Of a stretch of DNA of 64,000 bases, positions 1 to 12,691 are shown in pieces (positions within the stretch are counted from its first letter, which is position 1; the number at the start of each line of letters is the position of its first letter). The stretch covers positions 16,182,001-16,246,000 of the forward strand of contig NC_083237.1 of the NCBI RefSeq assembly GCF_032191835.1. The letters run 5' to 3'. The notes under the pieces were generated by a model, which was not told the DNA's origin, did not search any database, and worked only from the letters and a program-made list of their open reading frames with translations. The position numbers were made by a program, and so were the translations under genes. Source of the DNA: Heteronotia binoei. Its lineage: Eukaryota.

Positions 1-726
1 TGAGGCATCAACATCAGTAACAGTCTCACAAATACCAGCATCATGCACGGAAACCTGCTTTCTGGGCACCAGTTCAGCTGTGCCTTCTTTGCCATGCGAG
101 CGTCTTCTTGAGTCACATAGCCTCTCTCAAACTCTAGGCTGATTTGTAGGATGGGCAATATAAAGTGTCAGTGAGAAGATTGGTAGAGCCCTTTCTGCCC
201 TCAAGTCACATCCTTGAACATTACAGGGGATACTAATAGCATTTTCAGTCTTGGTTTCTAGATTTGCTAGGGGAACTCCTTAGGGATCTAGAGAAGAAGT
301 TAGAATAAATGATAGTTTTATAGCTACAGGGACCATAATTAACTACTCTGTGCAATATAGAGTTTTGGTGGTATTGCAGAGGAAAACATGTTTATGCCAT
401 CTCAGTGGAAGCTTCTCAAGTCATCCCCAGCAGAACAGGAGAAGCACGTGGTCTAACAATGACCTACAGCAACAAAAGTTTTCCCAAAATGGCTGCTTTG
501 GAGGATGAAGTCAATGGCTGTTTTGGAGGGTGAAGTCAATGGCAGTATACCCCAAACCTAACATGCCCCAGGCTACACAACACAAATCTATGGAAATTTC
601 CAAACATGGAGTTGGCAGTCCCATTTTTTCCCATATAACCTGAGGGTGCTTGATTCTGCCTGCATTGTTGCTACTTGAGTTGGAAGTAACAACATCAGAG
701 AGCTATTGAAGGCTGATGGCCTTTTA

Positions 727-2630
727 ACTAAAGTCAAGAAATCGGCCCCTTCCCAGCCGCACTGGCAATGCCAGTTATAGGCTGGGGGGCGCGCTTTGCC
801 CTCCCGGAAGGAGGGAGGCTGACTCCGGCTTCCTGGCCATCCAGGAGATAAAGGATGGGGCGTGGTGTCGGGGCTCTAAAGCCCCAGCCCCCGGCTGTGG
901 GACGCAGTTCTTTTGTGGCTCTCGGAAGGGAGAGCCATGTCATTGGTGTGAGAGTCGGGCCGAGGCTTGAGAGTGCGAGGCAGGGAGTAAGCGCGGCACG
1001 AGCCTTGACACCTCTGCAGCTGATCGGGGCTGCGAGGAGCGGCTCGGAGCATTTGCGTTGTGGTGGCTACAAAGCAGCAAGCATGTGGTCGGTTTCGGAG
1101 TAGCGTAGGGACATGGAGATTGATTGTGGGGCTGAAAAGAGCCTGAGTTGGGGGGTGTAGGGCACGTGGTGAGGCCTGAGGGCCCCCTGCCCCCCCTTTT
1201 TCCCTCCCCTCCCTGGTGGCTGAGCTAGAGGGGTGGTCTGAGGAGTGCGAGTGCCTTTGTTTTGGTCATCATTTTGAGTTGTGGATAGGCGCCCCCCCCC
1301 TCCGCTTGCGATTTCAGAAAGGGGCGGTGGCTCGGTGGCAGGGCAGAGCTGGTACCGGGGTGGTGTAAAATTTGTAAAACATTCATTTTGAATTAGAGCT
1401 GCATATATGGCGGCATCAAGGGGTTACACCCCCCCCCCCAGCCATACATTGAATTACACAGTGGCGGTCAGCAGCCTATACATTATGTTTGCACATTGGT
1501 CTTTCAGTGAGTGCGTTGGGGGCACATGAGCAATGGGTGGCCCACGGGCATGATTTTCTGGTTTGACTGTTTTTCTGTTTTTCATGTGCTGTGGCTCGTA
1601 GAGAGAGGTGGCAAATTCTTATCTGCGGGCACAGCATGGTTTTGTGGCCCACCAGGGCAGGAGATCGCCAGTGGGCACCCAGTTGGGTCTCAGCGAGAGG
1701 GCGACAGTTGAGAGGCTGGGTCGCCGTGGCCTACTTTGGCCAGGAATCATGCCTCTGTTGTTCCATGGGAGGAGTGTGCTTCCTCCGCACATCCTGGTCA
1801 TCCATCTGGGGGGTAATGACCTGGGTTGTATGAAAGCGAAGGCCCCCCCTTTTTTCTTTGCACACACAGGAGGATCTGCAGGCCATTATGCAAAGATAGC
1901 CTGGAGTCACTTGGTTTGGGTGGCATTTTTGCCAATAGGGTCTGGTGGTCTGCCCTGTATCCCGGGGGGATTGAACGTGCCAGACATAAGGCCAACCGGG
2001 CCTTGCAAAAAGCCATGGAAAGGGGGGGGGGGGTGGACATAATTCTTCCCCACCCGGCCATATGGGTCGAGAATGCTGACCTGTATAGGTCGGATGGGTT
2101 TCAGTTATCTGAACTGGGTACCCGGGCCTTTGTGAATGAGCTAAGGCAGGGGTTGTGGTCGGCTCTGGGCCATCCAGTGGGCACTAATGCCTAAGCAGAG
2201 GCTTGGCATTGGCATTGGCGGTGGCCGAATGAGGTATTGGCTACAGTCTTTTCAGGGAAGCACCTATGGCTCTGCACCATTGGGTGCAGGTGGTCTGTAT
2301 GAACGGTAGATGGGCTTTATGGCTCGATGCTGGGAGTGCAGATCATGACAAAGACCGAGGCGGATCTTTCCTGAGTGATTGATGCCAACAGAGGTGGAGG
2401 TGGAGTTTGGGCCTGGCTGCTCAGCACCAGTCAGATGATATTGGGCTCGTGCTGGGGGCAGGGTGGCTCGCCCTTTTAGGACAAGGCGGGGTCCTGTGTT
2501 TTGACCCCAGGGATTGTTCTTGTAGGCCTATACCTCTTGCCATCCTTATTCATTCAAGTTATGTTTCAATAAAGTGGCCCGGGTTTTTATCCAACATACT
2601 GTGTCAGCCTCTTCATTCCAACTGGGGGGG
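727..2630 (+). mobile_element. Ngaro/DIRS-like (tyrosine-recombinase retrotransposon) remnant; no RT/RNaseH/YR visible
   Basis: GC-rich island in AT-rich DNA with a frameshifted SGNH-hydrolase-like ORF. It ends in AATAAAGTGGCCC...ctcttcattccaactGGGGGGGCAA (about 2568-2633). Boundaries approximate; family assignment rests on the hydrolase. Confidence 0.5.
1610..2194 (+). pseudogene. SGNH/GDSL hydrolase-like ORF of retroelement, broken by at least 2 frameshifts
   Basis: Motifs lie in three overlapping frames: ILICGHSMVLW (ORF 1591, block I), ILVIHLGGNDLG (ORF 1608, block III) and LYRSDGFQLS (ORF 1826, block V with His>Gln). Confidence 0.6.
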
Positions 2631-2727
2631 CAAAGGCTTTAAGACCCTGTCCTCTTGGTTGCAGGGATTAGAGACTAGAGCTTCTAGAGTTCTGGTCCTG
2701 CTGTTAGAGTTCTGGTCCTAATGGCAC

Positions 2728-2812
2728 CAGGGTTTTGGCTACTGTGTGACACAGAGTGTAGGACTGGATGGTCATTGACCTGATCCAACATGGCTTCTTT
2801 TATGTTCATATG
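2728..2812 (+). mobile_element. CR1 LINE 3' tail fragment
   Basis: gtgtgacacagagtgtaggactggatgg...tgatccaacatggcttcttttatgttcatatg matches the reverse complement of the CR1 3' end at 35382-35460. Confidence 0.7.
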
Positions 2813-4254
2813 AGGTTATTGCTATTATGGAAGATGCAGGCTTTGAAAAAAAATCAATACCAGCTAGCAAATTCTGTGCTGGGGACTTATTATGATGTGA
2901 AAACAATCTTAAAAAAATTGTGTGAGCGCTGTTACCTCCGCCACGACCTCCACACATGAGTCTCCATAGCTTCTTACTGAGCAATCTTCTTTACTTGCAC
3001 ATATTGGGCTTGGTGAGGGAATCAGGTTACACGAGCCCATAAGCCTAACAGAAAGGATGACTACAGCATGGAAAAGAGACATAAGATTTGCACATAAATG
3101 CTAACAGCAAGTTAAAAGTTTAAAGGGGTGTTTGCTTGGTGGAATAAAGGCAGATAGCTTGATCATCTCCATCTCCAGCCTGCCTGAAGACTAAAGGAAG
3201 AGACCAAGACATAGGTTAGAGGCCAGAAGTCCTATTCTCCAAGTGGGGGTGGAGAGTCCCCCCTACTTCGGCAGCCCATGGGAGAAAGGGATGGGGAACA
3301 GCAACACAATAATGGTTACAATGTCACATCACTAGCTATTAAAAAAAATAGAATGGGTAGCTTTAAGGATAGAGTAGCTATAGGAATCACTAGAATTACC
3401 ATAGAGTTCTGGACATTCACAGAGCTATTGGTGTCACTTCCAATTTTTAGCTGTTGCACCTTCACCCGTATACCTGCCTACAACTCCCCAGTTGGTTGCA
3501 ATGCACTGCCTTCAACTCTTTCAAGGTGTTCCCTTCTCCTAGGACAGTAAAGAGCAAACACACATGTATATACTTTGAAGGGAAAGATAAATAACCTTTT
3601 TCATTTTCTTAAAAAAAACACAACTGAGTGCACATAGAGTGAAGCTGAAGCCTGCCTCCTCCTGCAGTTGCTGTATTTATTTTATTTATTTTCATTGATT
3701 TATACTAATCCACTTCCGCGAAAGGCTCCCACAAATGTACTCAACAGCTTTCCATGTTGTCCTCTGAGACCCACTGACTCCCCCCCCCCCCCCAAGCTGT
3801 AGAGTCTTGTCAGGAGAGAATATGCTTCAAGCAATGGAGCAGATTGGGCTGGAGGGCACAAGTTACATGGCTATGCAAGTGAGAAACACAACTGTTCCAT
3901 ATAGCCTGATGTGGGGGTACTTCCTATAACTTTGCTGAATTCTGCTTAGGAAGATTCCTTGAATGGCAGATGCAATCTCTTATAATGTCATCCAAACTGG
4001 ATGAGCTGAGTTACACTGCCACCACATGCATTTCCATTAAAAAATGACTACTAGATTTTCCTAATATGGCTGACTTTCCTTTGAGTATGAGTAACATAAT
4101 ACAATTGCACTAGGAATATTATTTGATAATGTATATTCGGATTCATATATGTAATAAAAATTAAACAAATAAATAGTATAATTTAATTTAGGGGATTTAG
4201 AGGTTCCTTTGCTATAGTTGCTCTCAGAGATCTGCTCAAGGTATACAATTTATC

Positions 4255-4333
4255 AAGGAAGGAAGGAAGGAAGGAAGGAAGGAAGGAAGGAAGGAAGGAA
4301 GGAAGGAAGGAAGGAAGGAAGGAAGGAAGGAAG
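4255..4333. repeat. (GGAA)n microsatellite
   Basis: About 19 perfect GGAA units; accounts for the RKEG-repeat ORF 4218-4496. Confidence 0.97.
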
Positions 4334-4599
4334 AGCTCATTTAGAGATGCCATTTTTATTACAGTATAATAGATATGTCTTAACTGTATCTTCTTTAGCA
4401 GTAGAGAGACAAATCTTCCAGCACTCTATGAGTCAAAATACCCATTACACTTTAAACTTTATCCTTAAGTGCAGTTCTGAAAACCTGCTTCCTTAGGACA
4501 AGATACCGCAACTGACCACCTGGTAGTGCCTACACTGCAGAAAGGGACACTCTAAGACAATGTGCATTCAGCTCTAGATCACAGCCAGACATTTTTAAT

Positions 4600-4712
4600 A
4601 TTTCAGTCTTTTATTAACTGTTCCTGGTGGTATTTAACTCAACAAAAAAGGAGCATACCGGTGTAACCTAATGTGAAAGCCAAGATAGAGAAGCTCTTGA
4701 CAACTCTCATGC
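4600..4712 (-). pseudogene. Highly degenerate relic of V2R exon-6 3' end (TM7 region)
   Basis: Minus strand reads VVKSFSILAFTLGYTGMLLF...EQLIK, resembling [21 protein letters not shown]...EQLIN. Weak similarity with an internal deletion. Confidence 0.35.
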
Positions 4713-4893
4713 AGGTTTTTTACACACTTACCAAAATTTAATAGGACATTTATCTATGCAATTTGATGCCTGAGGTATACCACATTGCAATGCCTAAAGC
4801 AGTCCTAGCTCAACTGAGATGGAAATTCTCAATGTTATCAAAACTTCATCACACCTTTCAATCAGGCTGTAAGAGAAGACACAGAAACATTTA

Positions 4894-5442
4894 TTATTTA
4901 TTTCTTTTTATAAGTATTTCCTTTTTGTTCAGATCAGGTCTCAGTAAAATGATGTAACATTTGGGGAAAAAGATGCAGCCCAGTAGTTCAACACTGGAGG
5001 AAAAAATAGAGAAGATCTCCACAGCCACCATGCATTTTCCCTTGGTGCTCAAGTAGGTTGGAACAAAGGACACCCAAACACTGCAGAAGACCAACATGCT
5101 AAAGGTGATGAACTTGGCTTCGTTGAAACTGTCAGGTAACCTCCTGGCAAAGAAAGTCACATTGAACCTGACAACAGCCAGGAAGCCCATGTAGCCCAGG
5201 ACATAGTAGAACATGGAGACTGATCCTTCATTACATCGCAGTACAATTTCTTCAGTCATTGAATCTAGAAATGGAGGAGAAGTTGCCAGCCACAAAGTCG
5301 CAATAATGGCTTGAATGAAAAAGCAGGAAATAACTACAGAGTTGGCCAGGCTCTTCCCCACACATTTACTTATTCTTGATCCTGGTTTGGTGGCCATGAA
5401 AGCTAGAACCACAGTGATTGTTTTGGCCAATACACAGGAAAC
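4894..5442 (-). pseudogene. Orphan partial V2R exon 6 (end of TM3 to TM7 plus C-tail), open frame
   Basis: ORF 4894-5430: [18 protein letters not shown]...[19 protein letters not shown]...[14 protein letters not shown]2R homology stops abruptly at about 5442 (VSC); TM1-2 are absent. Confidence 0.9.
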
Positions 5443-6173
5443 TGGTGTCTTTCAAGGGGCTGAGCAGTACTTTTTGGGACATTTTAAAATGAACAATGAG
5501 GGTGTATTCCTGGTTGGTTACTGTACCATAGGTAGGGGAATTAAGGAAACCCATGAGGCATCTGAGGATGAAGAACCATTACAATTCCCAAATCAGCCCA
5601 TCATTGAAAGAGCAGCCAAGTAGTTTGGGGAATGGAGACCATTTGTGCTGAACAGTATCCACAAATCCCTTAGTTGATTGCACAGAATTAGGAAGAAATG
5701 AGTTAAGACTTAGAGTTTGATCGCATAAGAGATTTGGCATGATGTAGCCACACCTCCCATTCAGATTTAATGTGCATTATCACATGTGCACATTTGCCCT
5801 CCTCCCCAGGTCCCACCCATACCTAACTCATGTTAGGATGGACTGGGACTGGATTAAATAGCTACCAGGAACTTCCCAGTCGTAAACCTCTAAAATATAT
5901 GTAGGGCACATTTCCTGGATGTCTGAGCAGCAGGAATGCATGATGCATCCACCCCACATGCGCATGAAAAGTCTAAATGCTCCTCTTGTGTGTGTGCAGT
6001 CCATGCCTCTCCTGGCAGTAGGTGGGGGTTGTGAGAATGTCATGGCATGGATCAAAGAGAACTGGTTTTTTTTAGAGCTGGGATACTGCTGTGCCAAATT
6101 TCTTGTGTGATCACACCCTTAGAAACACTTGACACAATTTTTGGCTGCTTCCTATGAAGTAAACACATATTCT

Positions 6174-7075
6174 TTACTTTCTTCTGTTTATTAGTTGCTC
6201 TCTCTTGTTCAGATCATGTCTCAGCACAATGATGTAGCATTTGGGGAAAAAGATACACCCCAGTAAGCCAGCACTAGAGGCCAAAATGGAGAAGACTTCC
6301 ACAGCCACCATGTACTTCCCCTTGGTGCTCAAGTAGGTTGGAACAAAGGTCATCCACACACTGCAGAAGACCAACATGCTAAAGGTGATGGATTTGGTTT
6401 CATGGAAACAATCTGGTAACTTCCTGGCTAGGAAAGCCACAGTGAAGCTCACAAAAGCCAGGAACCCCATAAAGCCCAGGACACAGTAAAACATGATTAC
6501 TGACCCTTCATTACATTCCACAACAATTTCTCTAGTTACTGAGTGCATATCAAAATCTGGGAAAGGAGGAAAGGTTGCAAGCCACACAGTACAAATAGCT
6601 GCTTGAGTGAGGGAACAGGAAATTACTATCGAGCTGGCCAGTCTTCTCCCCACCCATTTCCTCATCCTGGTCCCTGGCTTGGTAGCCATGAAAGCTAGAA
6701 TCACTGTGATGGTTTTGGCCAACACACAAGAAACAGCCATTGAAAAAATGATGCCAAATGCAGCTTGACGAATCAGGCATGTCACTTTTTCAGGTTGCCC
6801 AAGAAAGATCAAAGCACAAAGGAAGCACAGGAAGAGAGAGACAAGGAGAATGTAGGAGAGGCTCCGGTTGTTGGCTTTGACAATGGGGGTGTCCTGGTAC
6901 TTCACAAAACTTCCCAACACCAAAGCTGTGATGAAAGAAAAGGAAAGAGCAAAAATAGCTAAACTGATCCCTAAAGGCTCTTCATAAGACAGAAAGCTTA
7001 TGACTTTTGGAAGGCATGAATCTTGGTCATTGTTCGGATAATGATCTTCTGGGCATGGAGAACAGTAATCCATGT
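6174..7075 (-). pseudogene. V2R exon 6 (7TM domain), open
   Basis: ORF 6174-7073: [13 protein letters not shown]...SYEEPLG...[16 protein letters not shown]...FFPKCYII; acceptor ttccag|ac. Confidence 0.92.
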
Positions 7076-7571
7076 CTGGAAAAAAAAAAGGGAAATGTAG
7101 ATTGCCATGTAAGACAGACTTTCCTAGAGGGCATTACAATAATAAAACTTCAGCTTTGAATGAATGCCTAAGGGGAATTTGCATTCTGTAATTATATTTG
7201 CAAAAAGTCACACTCAAAGTGTGTGCAAAAGTTGTCCTGCATGACATTGCAAAAATAGAATATCAACTAAATTATTGAAAGCATCTGCTGTATCTGAACA
7301 GCAAATTCTGGGAACTGGGCCACCAGCCCACTGGAACTTTTCCTGGTGGCCTTAATGGTCAGTCCACCACTGTTTCTTTCCATTACAGGAACTGCTACGA
7401 AGGGTATGTCAAGTTTCTGTGGGTATGTCAGACTCCATCTTTTTATCAATAACTACCATCATCATTGAACTGTGAACAATGTTTTTAAACATTAGGGGAA
7501 ATAGAATCTTTATTCCTGAATGCTCATAATCCCGATTGCAGTTAACATATTCTGTGCTCAACATCTCTTAC

Positions 7572-7698
7572 CCATCTGGTTTGAAATCTTCCCTAATGGA
7601 CATGGAATACAATCATAGCAGCAAAATGGCTTCCCTTCTTTCTTTGTCCTACTATAGCCCAGAAGGCAAGGATCATTACATATAGAAAGGGGCAGTGT
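7572..7698 (-). pseudogene. V2R exon 5 (cysteine-rich domain), open
   Basis: [42 protein letters not shown]|gtaag; 127 nt. Confidence 0.9.
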
Positions 7699-7919
7699 CT
7701 GTCCATAAAAGAAAAAAAAAACATTTTAGCATTCAAAATATATACTTTGGGATTTTTATTTCACTGGCCAATCCAATTTTAGGAACTGTGTTCCTTCTAC
7801 CATAGCATAATGGTGAACAGGTCTACTGGGTACTTGGTGCTCATTGGAGTATTAGAACTTCTACTACTCCTGGGGTCTTTTGCTCATACATAATCAAATT
7901 GGAATTGAAAACTTGATGA

Positions 7920-8115
7920 ACACATTAAACTGTCTTCTACTGAATTAGAGCATTGGTCCATCAACATCAATATAGCCTGCTAATTCTGGCGGCGGCTCTC
8001 CAAGTTCTTAGGCAGAGGTCTTTCACATTACCTACACCTGATCTTCTAACCAAGGATAGAACTAGGGACCTTCTGCATGCCGAACAGATGCTCTACCACT
8101 GAGCGACAGGCCCTC
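7920..8115 (-). mobile_element. Older tRNA-derived SINE (Squam3-like)
   Basis: Reverse complement gives gctcagtggtagagcatctgttcggcatgcagaaggtccctagttc plus the body shared with other SINE copies in the window. Confidence 0.75.
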
Positions 8116-8591
8116 TAATCCAAGTTAAGTGTTTCCTGTGTTTTGCTGGGTTTTTAAAAAGAAGGTTACAGTGTATATGCATGGTCTATGATTTCATATG
8201 CAGTTGATTTATATGTTCTATGTATTGGCAGCCTTCCATTTCTGACCTAATTGAGTCTGATTTTGCTTTTTTTTTCCTTTTCAAGTTCTTTCTTTATTTA
8301 GCTAAGGAAATTTAAAAGAAGGCTTTTCGCAAATCCAAAGCCAGATTTTTCTAATTCCTGAGTTTGATTTTCAGGTTTCTCAGTCACTTCTGAAGCAGAG
8401 GTTATGAAAGAATTTAAGACAACTCAAAGCCCCCATGCTGCACAAACTTCCCTTTTTAGAACTTAGCAATTTATTTCTTTTGGACTGCACTTGAAAAGCA
8501 TCATGCAGGGTCTGCAAGGGTTCTGAGTATCTGAAAAAGCCCAGTTCCCACAAGTCTTTGCCTTTCCTATTACCCATTTCTGTATTTTGTC

Positions 8592-8740
8592 NNNNNNNNN
8601 NNNNNNNNNNNNNNNNNNNNNNNNNNNNNNNNNNNNNNNNNNNNNNNNNNNNNNNNNNNNNNNNNNNNNNNNNNNNNNNNNNNNNNNNNNNNNNNNNNNN
8701 NNNNNNNNNNNNNNNNNNNNNNNNNNNNNNNNNNNNNNNN
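8592..8740. other. Assembly gap
   Basis: Run of N within V2R intron 4. Confidence 1.
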
Positions 8741-9552
8741 GATCTTAAAAGCATTAAATAACAATTTATTCCTTATAAAAACCCAGTCTCTATCTTGTGG
8801 TTTGTAGTCAGAACCAAAATATCACAATAATCCAAATGTGAAAAAAGAATAGCACAATGAGATATAGTCCCAAAATTTCAATAGTCTCACTCCAGTTGTA
8901 TCACAATTTCTAATGTCCAACTTGACATGTACTCATGAAGGGGAGTGGACTCATGAAGAATCTTGCAAACCCATAAGAAATAGGATGTGTTCTCAGAGGA
9001 GAAGTGCTGTGTTTTGAGTAGCTCTTTTTCAAGCCCAATAGGCTAATAATTCATGTAGGAAGCAATTAATTCATTCATGGTGGATCATGGATAATTATTG
9101 AGCCTGATACCTTGAGCTAGTGGGGCAATTAAAAACAACAACTTCTATGCCTGACCAAAACAAAGTGTTATGTTCCCAATAAATCCACTGCTATTGCTCA
9201 TTGGGGTGAGAGGGGAATGCCTTGCACAAATCAGCCTCTTTGAATCATTTCCCAATTTTTCCAAGCAGATTGATTTCTTGACTGGCATGCCCTTCTGGAG
9301 GTTCACCTTTGGGTCAGGCAGCATCCTGCATAAATGATATCTGGAGTGATAATAAGCATGAAGGCTGTTTATCTCTATCTGGGCACAAACGGCTCCTTCT
9401 GCAGGAGGCAGGTCTTTCTGGTAAAATATAAGAACTTCAAAATCATCCCTAAATATAAAAAACATTTTTTTCTGATAAACATTTTGGGTTCTTCCATGGT
9501 TGGAAATTCATTGACATTATATAGGGATATATATGTTCAGCATGTAAATACT

Positions 9553-9726
9553 CAGGGCTTTGGGGGGGCAGGAGTGCACAGGAGTGGTGCTCCCTCTGGG
9601 CTGGCCAGAGCTCCAGCTGGCATACTGGGGAAGACAACTTTAAATGCCTCCCCAATGGCTCCCCAAAAGCATGCTGGGGAAGGCAGGGGAGCTCTTGCTG
9701 GGCTTTTTCTACAAAAAAAAGTCCTG
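9553..9726. mobile_element. Degenerate MITE-like element
   Basis: Termini cagggctt... and ...ctacaaaaaaaagtcctg resemble the TIRs of the palindromic element at 22489-22671. Confidence 0.4.
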
Positions 9727-9775
9727 TGAACACTGGACTGCTTTTTTAACCCTTTCTTAAAAACATGGGTCCCAC

Positions 9776-10003
9776 CTGATTGAACCTGTTGGGCCATATG
9801 ATGGCCATTTCATTGACTGTGAGCTCTTTGTCTAAGGGAGCTTCAGGGTCGATATTGCCAACTTTGACTCTAAGAAAGGACTGGTTTGGGAATGTGACCC
9901 AGTTTATAATATCAAATCCAGCTAGTAACTCCCCATCTGGATTAAAGGTGACCTTTTCTCCAGCACTGTTATTAAATGAGACACTTCTCAGAAACCGGTG
10001 GAG
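9776..10003 (-). pseudogene. V2R exon 4, open
   Basis: [49 protein letters not shown]...IWPNRFNQ|gtggga; 228 nt. Confidence 0.9.
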
Positions 10004-10354
10004 CTAAGCAAGGGAAGAGGATAAAAGCAAACATAAGGCAATAGAAAACAGTGTATATACACAATAGAGTGAAGACTTTGAAGGCAATGTCATTTTAAAA
10101 CAAGCTATCAGGAACTGTTCCCATGCATTCCTGTTCAAAAAAAGCCCTGTAAACAACACAGCTAGGTATACTGGGTATACATATAGTATATGAGATTTAC
10201 AGAAGAGCACCAAAGAATTGGCTGAATCTCAGGCTGATCAAGTCAAAACTCAGGCCTTCTGAGAGTTCTATCTTTTTGTGCCATCTAGGACACGTTTGTT
10301 GATGCATCCACATGTATGATGAGGCTTCTGACATAGGTCTACCTAGTATATTAC

Positions 10355-11209
10355 CTGCCATGACTTTTGATTCAGCAGCTTCTGTCTCTCTCTCCCCCCC
10401 TTTTCTGAGAGCATGAATCTTAACAAATGCATGGCATGTAAGGCGTATGCTACAGCATAGACAGCATTATAGACGCTGTTGCTGTGACTGGTCATGCTCG
10501 TTTCAAAAATGGACTTGGGAAGATGATCCAGTTTCTCCTTTCCAGTACACATATGCTCAACTTTCTTGTCTGCCATGGATTTGAGGAAAAAACAGGCAAA
10601 TGCATTTTCCCAAAATTCCCTGATGAAGTGATCTTCATTTTCCAGTGTAGGATTTCTCATCTGAATAAATTTTTGGAACCCTAGTGATTTCCTGAAAGGA
10701 ACTGACAGAGAGATTGCACCATGGATGAAGTGTATGTCCCACTCTCTTTGAAAGGCCAGTGACGTGAACTCCATCTGGGCTGTCATAATCCAGACTTTAG
10801 TCTTCATGGGAATATCCTCAAATGTCGAGAAGTGCAGCAATGTTCTCATAATCATGATGGTATGACTTCCGCCATGTATGAATATCACATTGGCAGAGCT
10901 CGTCATCACAATGTTGATTATTTTCAGTCCTTCTGACAACATTTCTTCAATCTCATTAGAAAAAGCTAACTTTGGGAATTTTTCTATGGAGTCAATGCAG
11001 ACATCTCTCTGGGAAATTATGGGAAGGACATCGTGAACAAAACTCTCTCCGGAGTCATCATCAGCATAAATCACCACGATCCATGTCCACCTGAAATGAA
11101 GCAGTAATTGCAGAATCCTCATATATTGATGGGCTCTATTTGGAAACATCTGATGGAAAAGAACAGTTTGGGTTTGTTCATTCTTAACTGGAGCAGAAGC
11201 GTATGTAAT
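10355..11209 (-). pseudogene. V2R exon 3 (Venus flytrap domain), open
   Basis: Within ORF 10343-11254: ITYASAP...LLHFRWTWI...VWIMTAQ...FIREFWENAFAC...SVYNAVYAVAYALH. 855 nt, ag/gt boundaries. Confidence 0.9.
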
Positions 11210-11440
11210 CTGAGAAAATAAAGGGGGAAATGACATATAAATGGTCATTACCAAAATAGAAGGTGATGTCAGAGTGTGAGAGAGAGATAAAGGGTTTTTT
11301 TTTTAAAAAAAAATTATCTGTGTGTATGGATCTTCATTGGAAGTCATGTCGACCTATGTTGACTGCCCTCCACTGGGTGCCTGGATGATATTCAGAGAGG
11401 TGGCTGAATGAAGCCTGTCCCGGTCTTCCCAACTGTTTAT

Positions 11441-11715
11441 GAAGAAGATATTGGATTTATATCCCGCCCTCCACTCCGAAGAGTCTCAGAGTGGCTCACA
11501 GTCTCCTTTACCTTCCTCCCCCACAACAGACACCCTGTGAGGTGGGTGGGGCTGGAGAGGGCTCTCACAACAGCTGCCCTTTCAAGGACAACCTCTGCCA
11601 GGGCTATGGCTGACCCAAGGCCATGCTAGCAGGTGCAAGTGGAGGAGTGGGGAATCAAACCCGGTTCTCGCAGAGAAGAGTCTGCTCAATTAACCACTAC
11701 ACCAAACTGGCTCTC
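11441..11715 (-). mobile_element. tRNA-derived SINE, second family, with MIR/L2-like tail
   Basis: Reverse complement: gagccagtttggtgtagtggttaa...ggtttgattcccc head, then cctcacagggtgtctgttgtgg...ccaatatcttcttc. Same family as 61745-62091. Confidence 0.8.
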
Positions 11716-11729
11716 CAAGTTTGTATTCC

Positions 11730-11815
11730 AAAAAGGTCTCCCCATCCAACTGTTAACTAGAATCCATACTGCTTAGCTTCTGAGATTGACAAGACTTGAC
11801 TGGGCTATCCAGGTA
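11730..11815 (-). mobile_element. 5S rRNA-derived (SINE3-like) fragment
   Basis: Reverse complement atctcagaagctaagcag...gttggatgggagacc resembles the 5S internal promoter region, heavily diverged. Related fragments at about 24972-25035 (-), 27915-28050 (+), 50410-50475 and 53340-53475. Confidence 0.6.
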
Positions 11816-11861
11816 AGGGCAAATAATGCAGTTTCCAAATAGCAGTCCTGGTTCCCAAACT

Positions 11862-12040
11862 CTGGTTGGATCCAAACAGCTTTTTCATTTAATCTCACCT
11901 AATTTCAATCTTTACTACAGCTGCCATTTTGAGTGCCTTTATAAATGGAGCATCCATGATCTCCAGTACAGAGTTTTTGGTAGCCAGAGAGGACAGTCTC
12001 TTCCTTTCTCCTCAGAAGAACAGCTGGTTGGATCCAACTG
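11862..12040. mobile_element. MITE-like element with about 20-nt inverted termini
   Basis: ctggttggatccaaacagct ... agctggttggatccaactgg form an inverted pair. Confidence 0.45.
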
Positions 12041-12691
12041 GCTATCAAAACTTCCACTTGTAGCTTCAACCAGCAATTAAACAGAGATTGTGACTTATAT
12101 TGTTTCCTATTTTTGTTAACCTGATAGAATATATATATTACTGCGGGATAGTTTCCTCTGCACTGAGCAGAAAACCATGGATATGGAGAGTCTGCAACAT
12201 ACCTCATCACGGAATAGAATTTCAATAGCCCTGAGTGTGGCATAGAATGGAAAAGTTGATTATTATCCTTCTGGACACAACTCCAGTCTGCTCAAGCACA
12301 TGGGAGGCACTTCGCTAGCACTCCCCAGACCTTCAGACAGATGGGAAAAGTGACAGGGAAGCACTTGGCAGATTGTAAGTGGTAACTTTTTAAGGTGGCA
12401 GAGGCTCTGGAAGATGACCTAAGGCAGGATGTAGATGTGTGCATTTGAATGTGCAATTTAAATCCGGCTGTGGGGAGTTCCTGTGTGGGCCCAAATAGGC
12501 CATCTGTATGCAGCCTACAGATTCTTTTCTTCCATAGCCTCAAATGACCCACAAGGAATCTTTTCCTAGGATTATAGATGAGCTTTACATAGATGCAAGA
12601 CATGCCACTTCCACCTAGAAACCAAAAAGCTAACTCTAAAGGACAAGAGGAGGGTGAATTAGAACCCCCAAGCTCTATGCAATAATCTTAC

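Noticed and set aside
4218-4496. ORF with RKEG repeats
   Set aside because: Translation of the (GGAA)n microsatellite.
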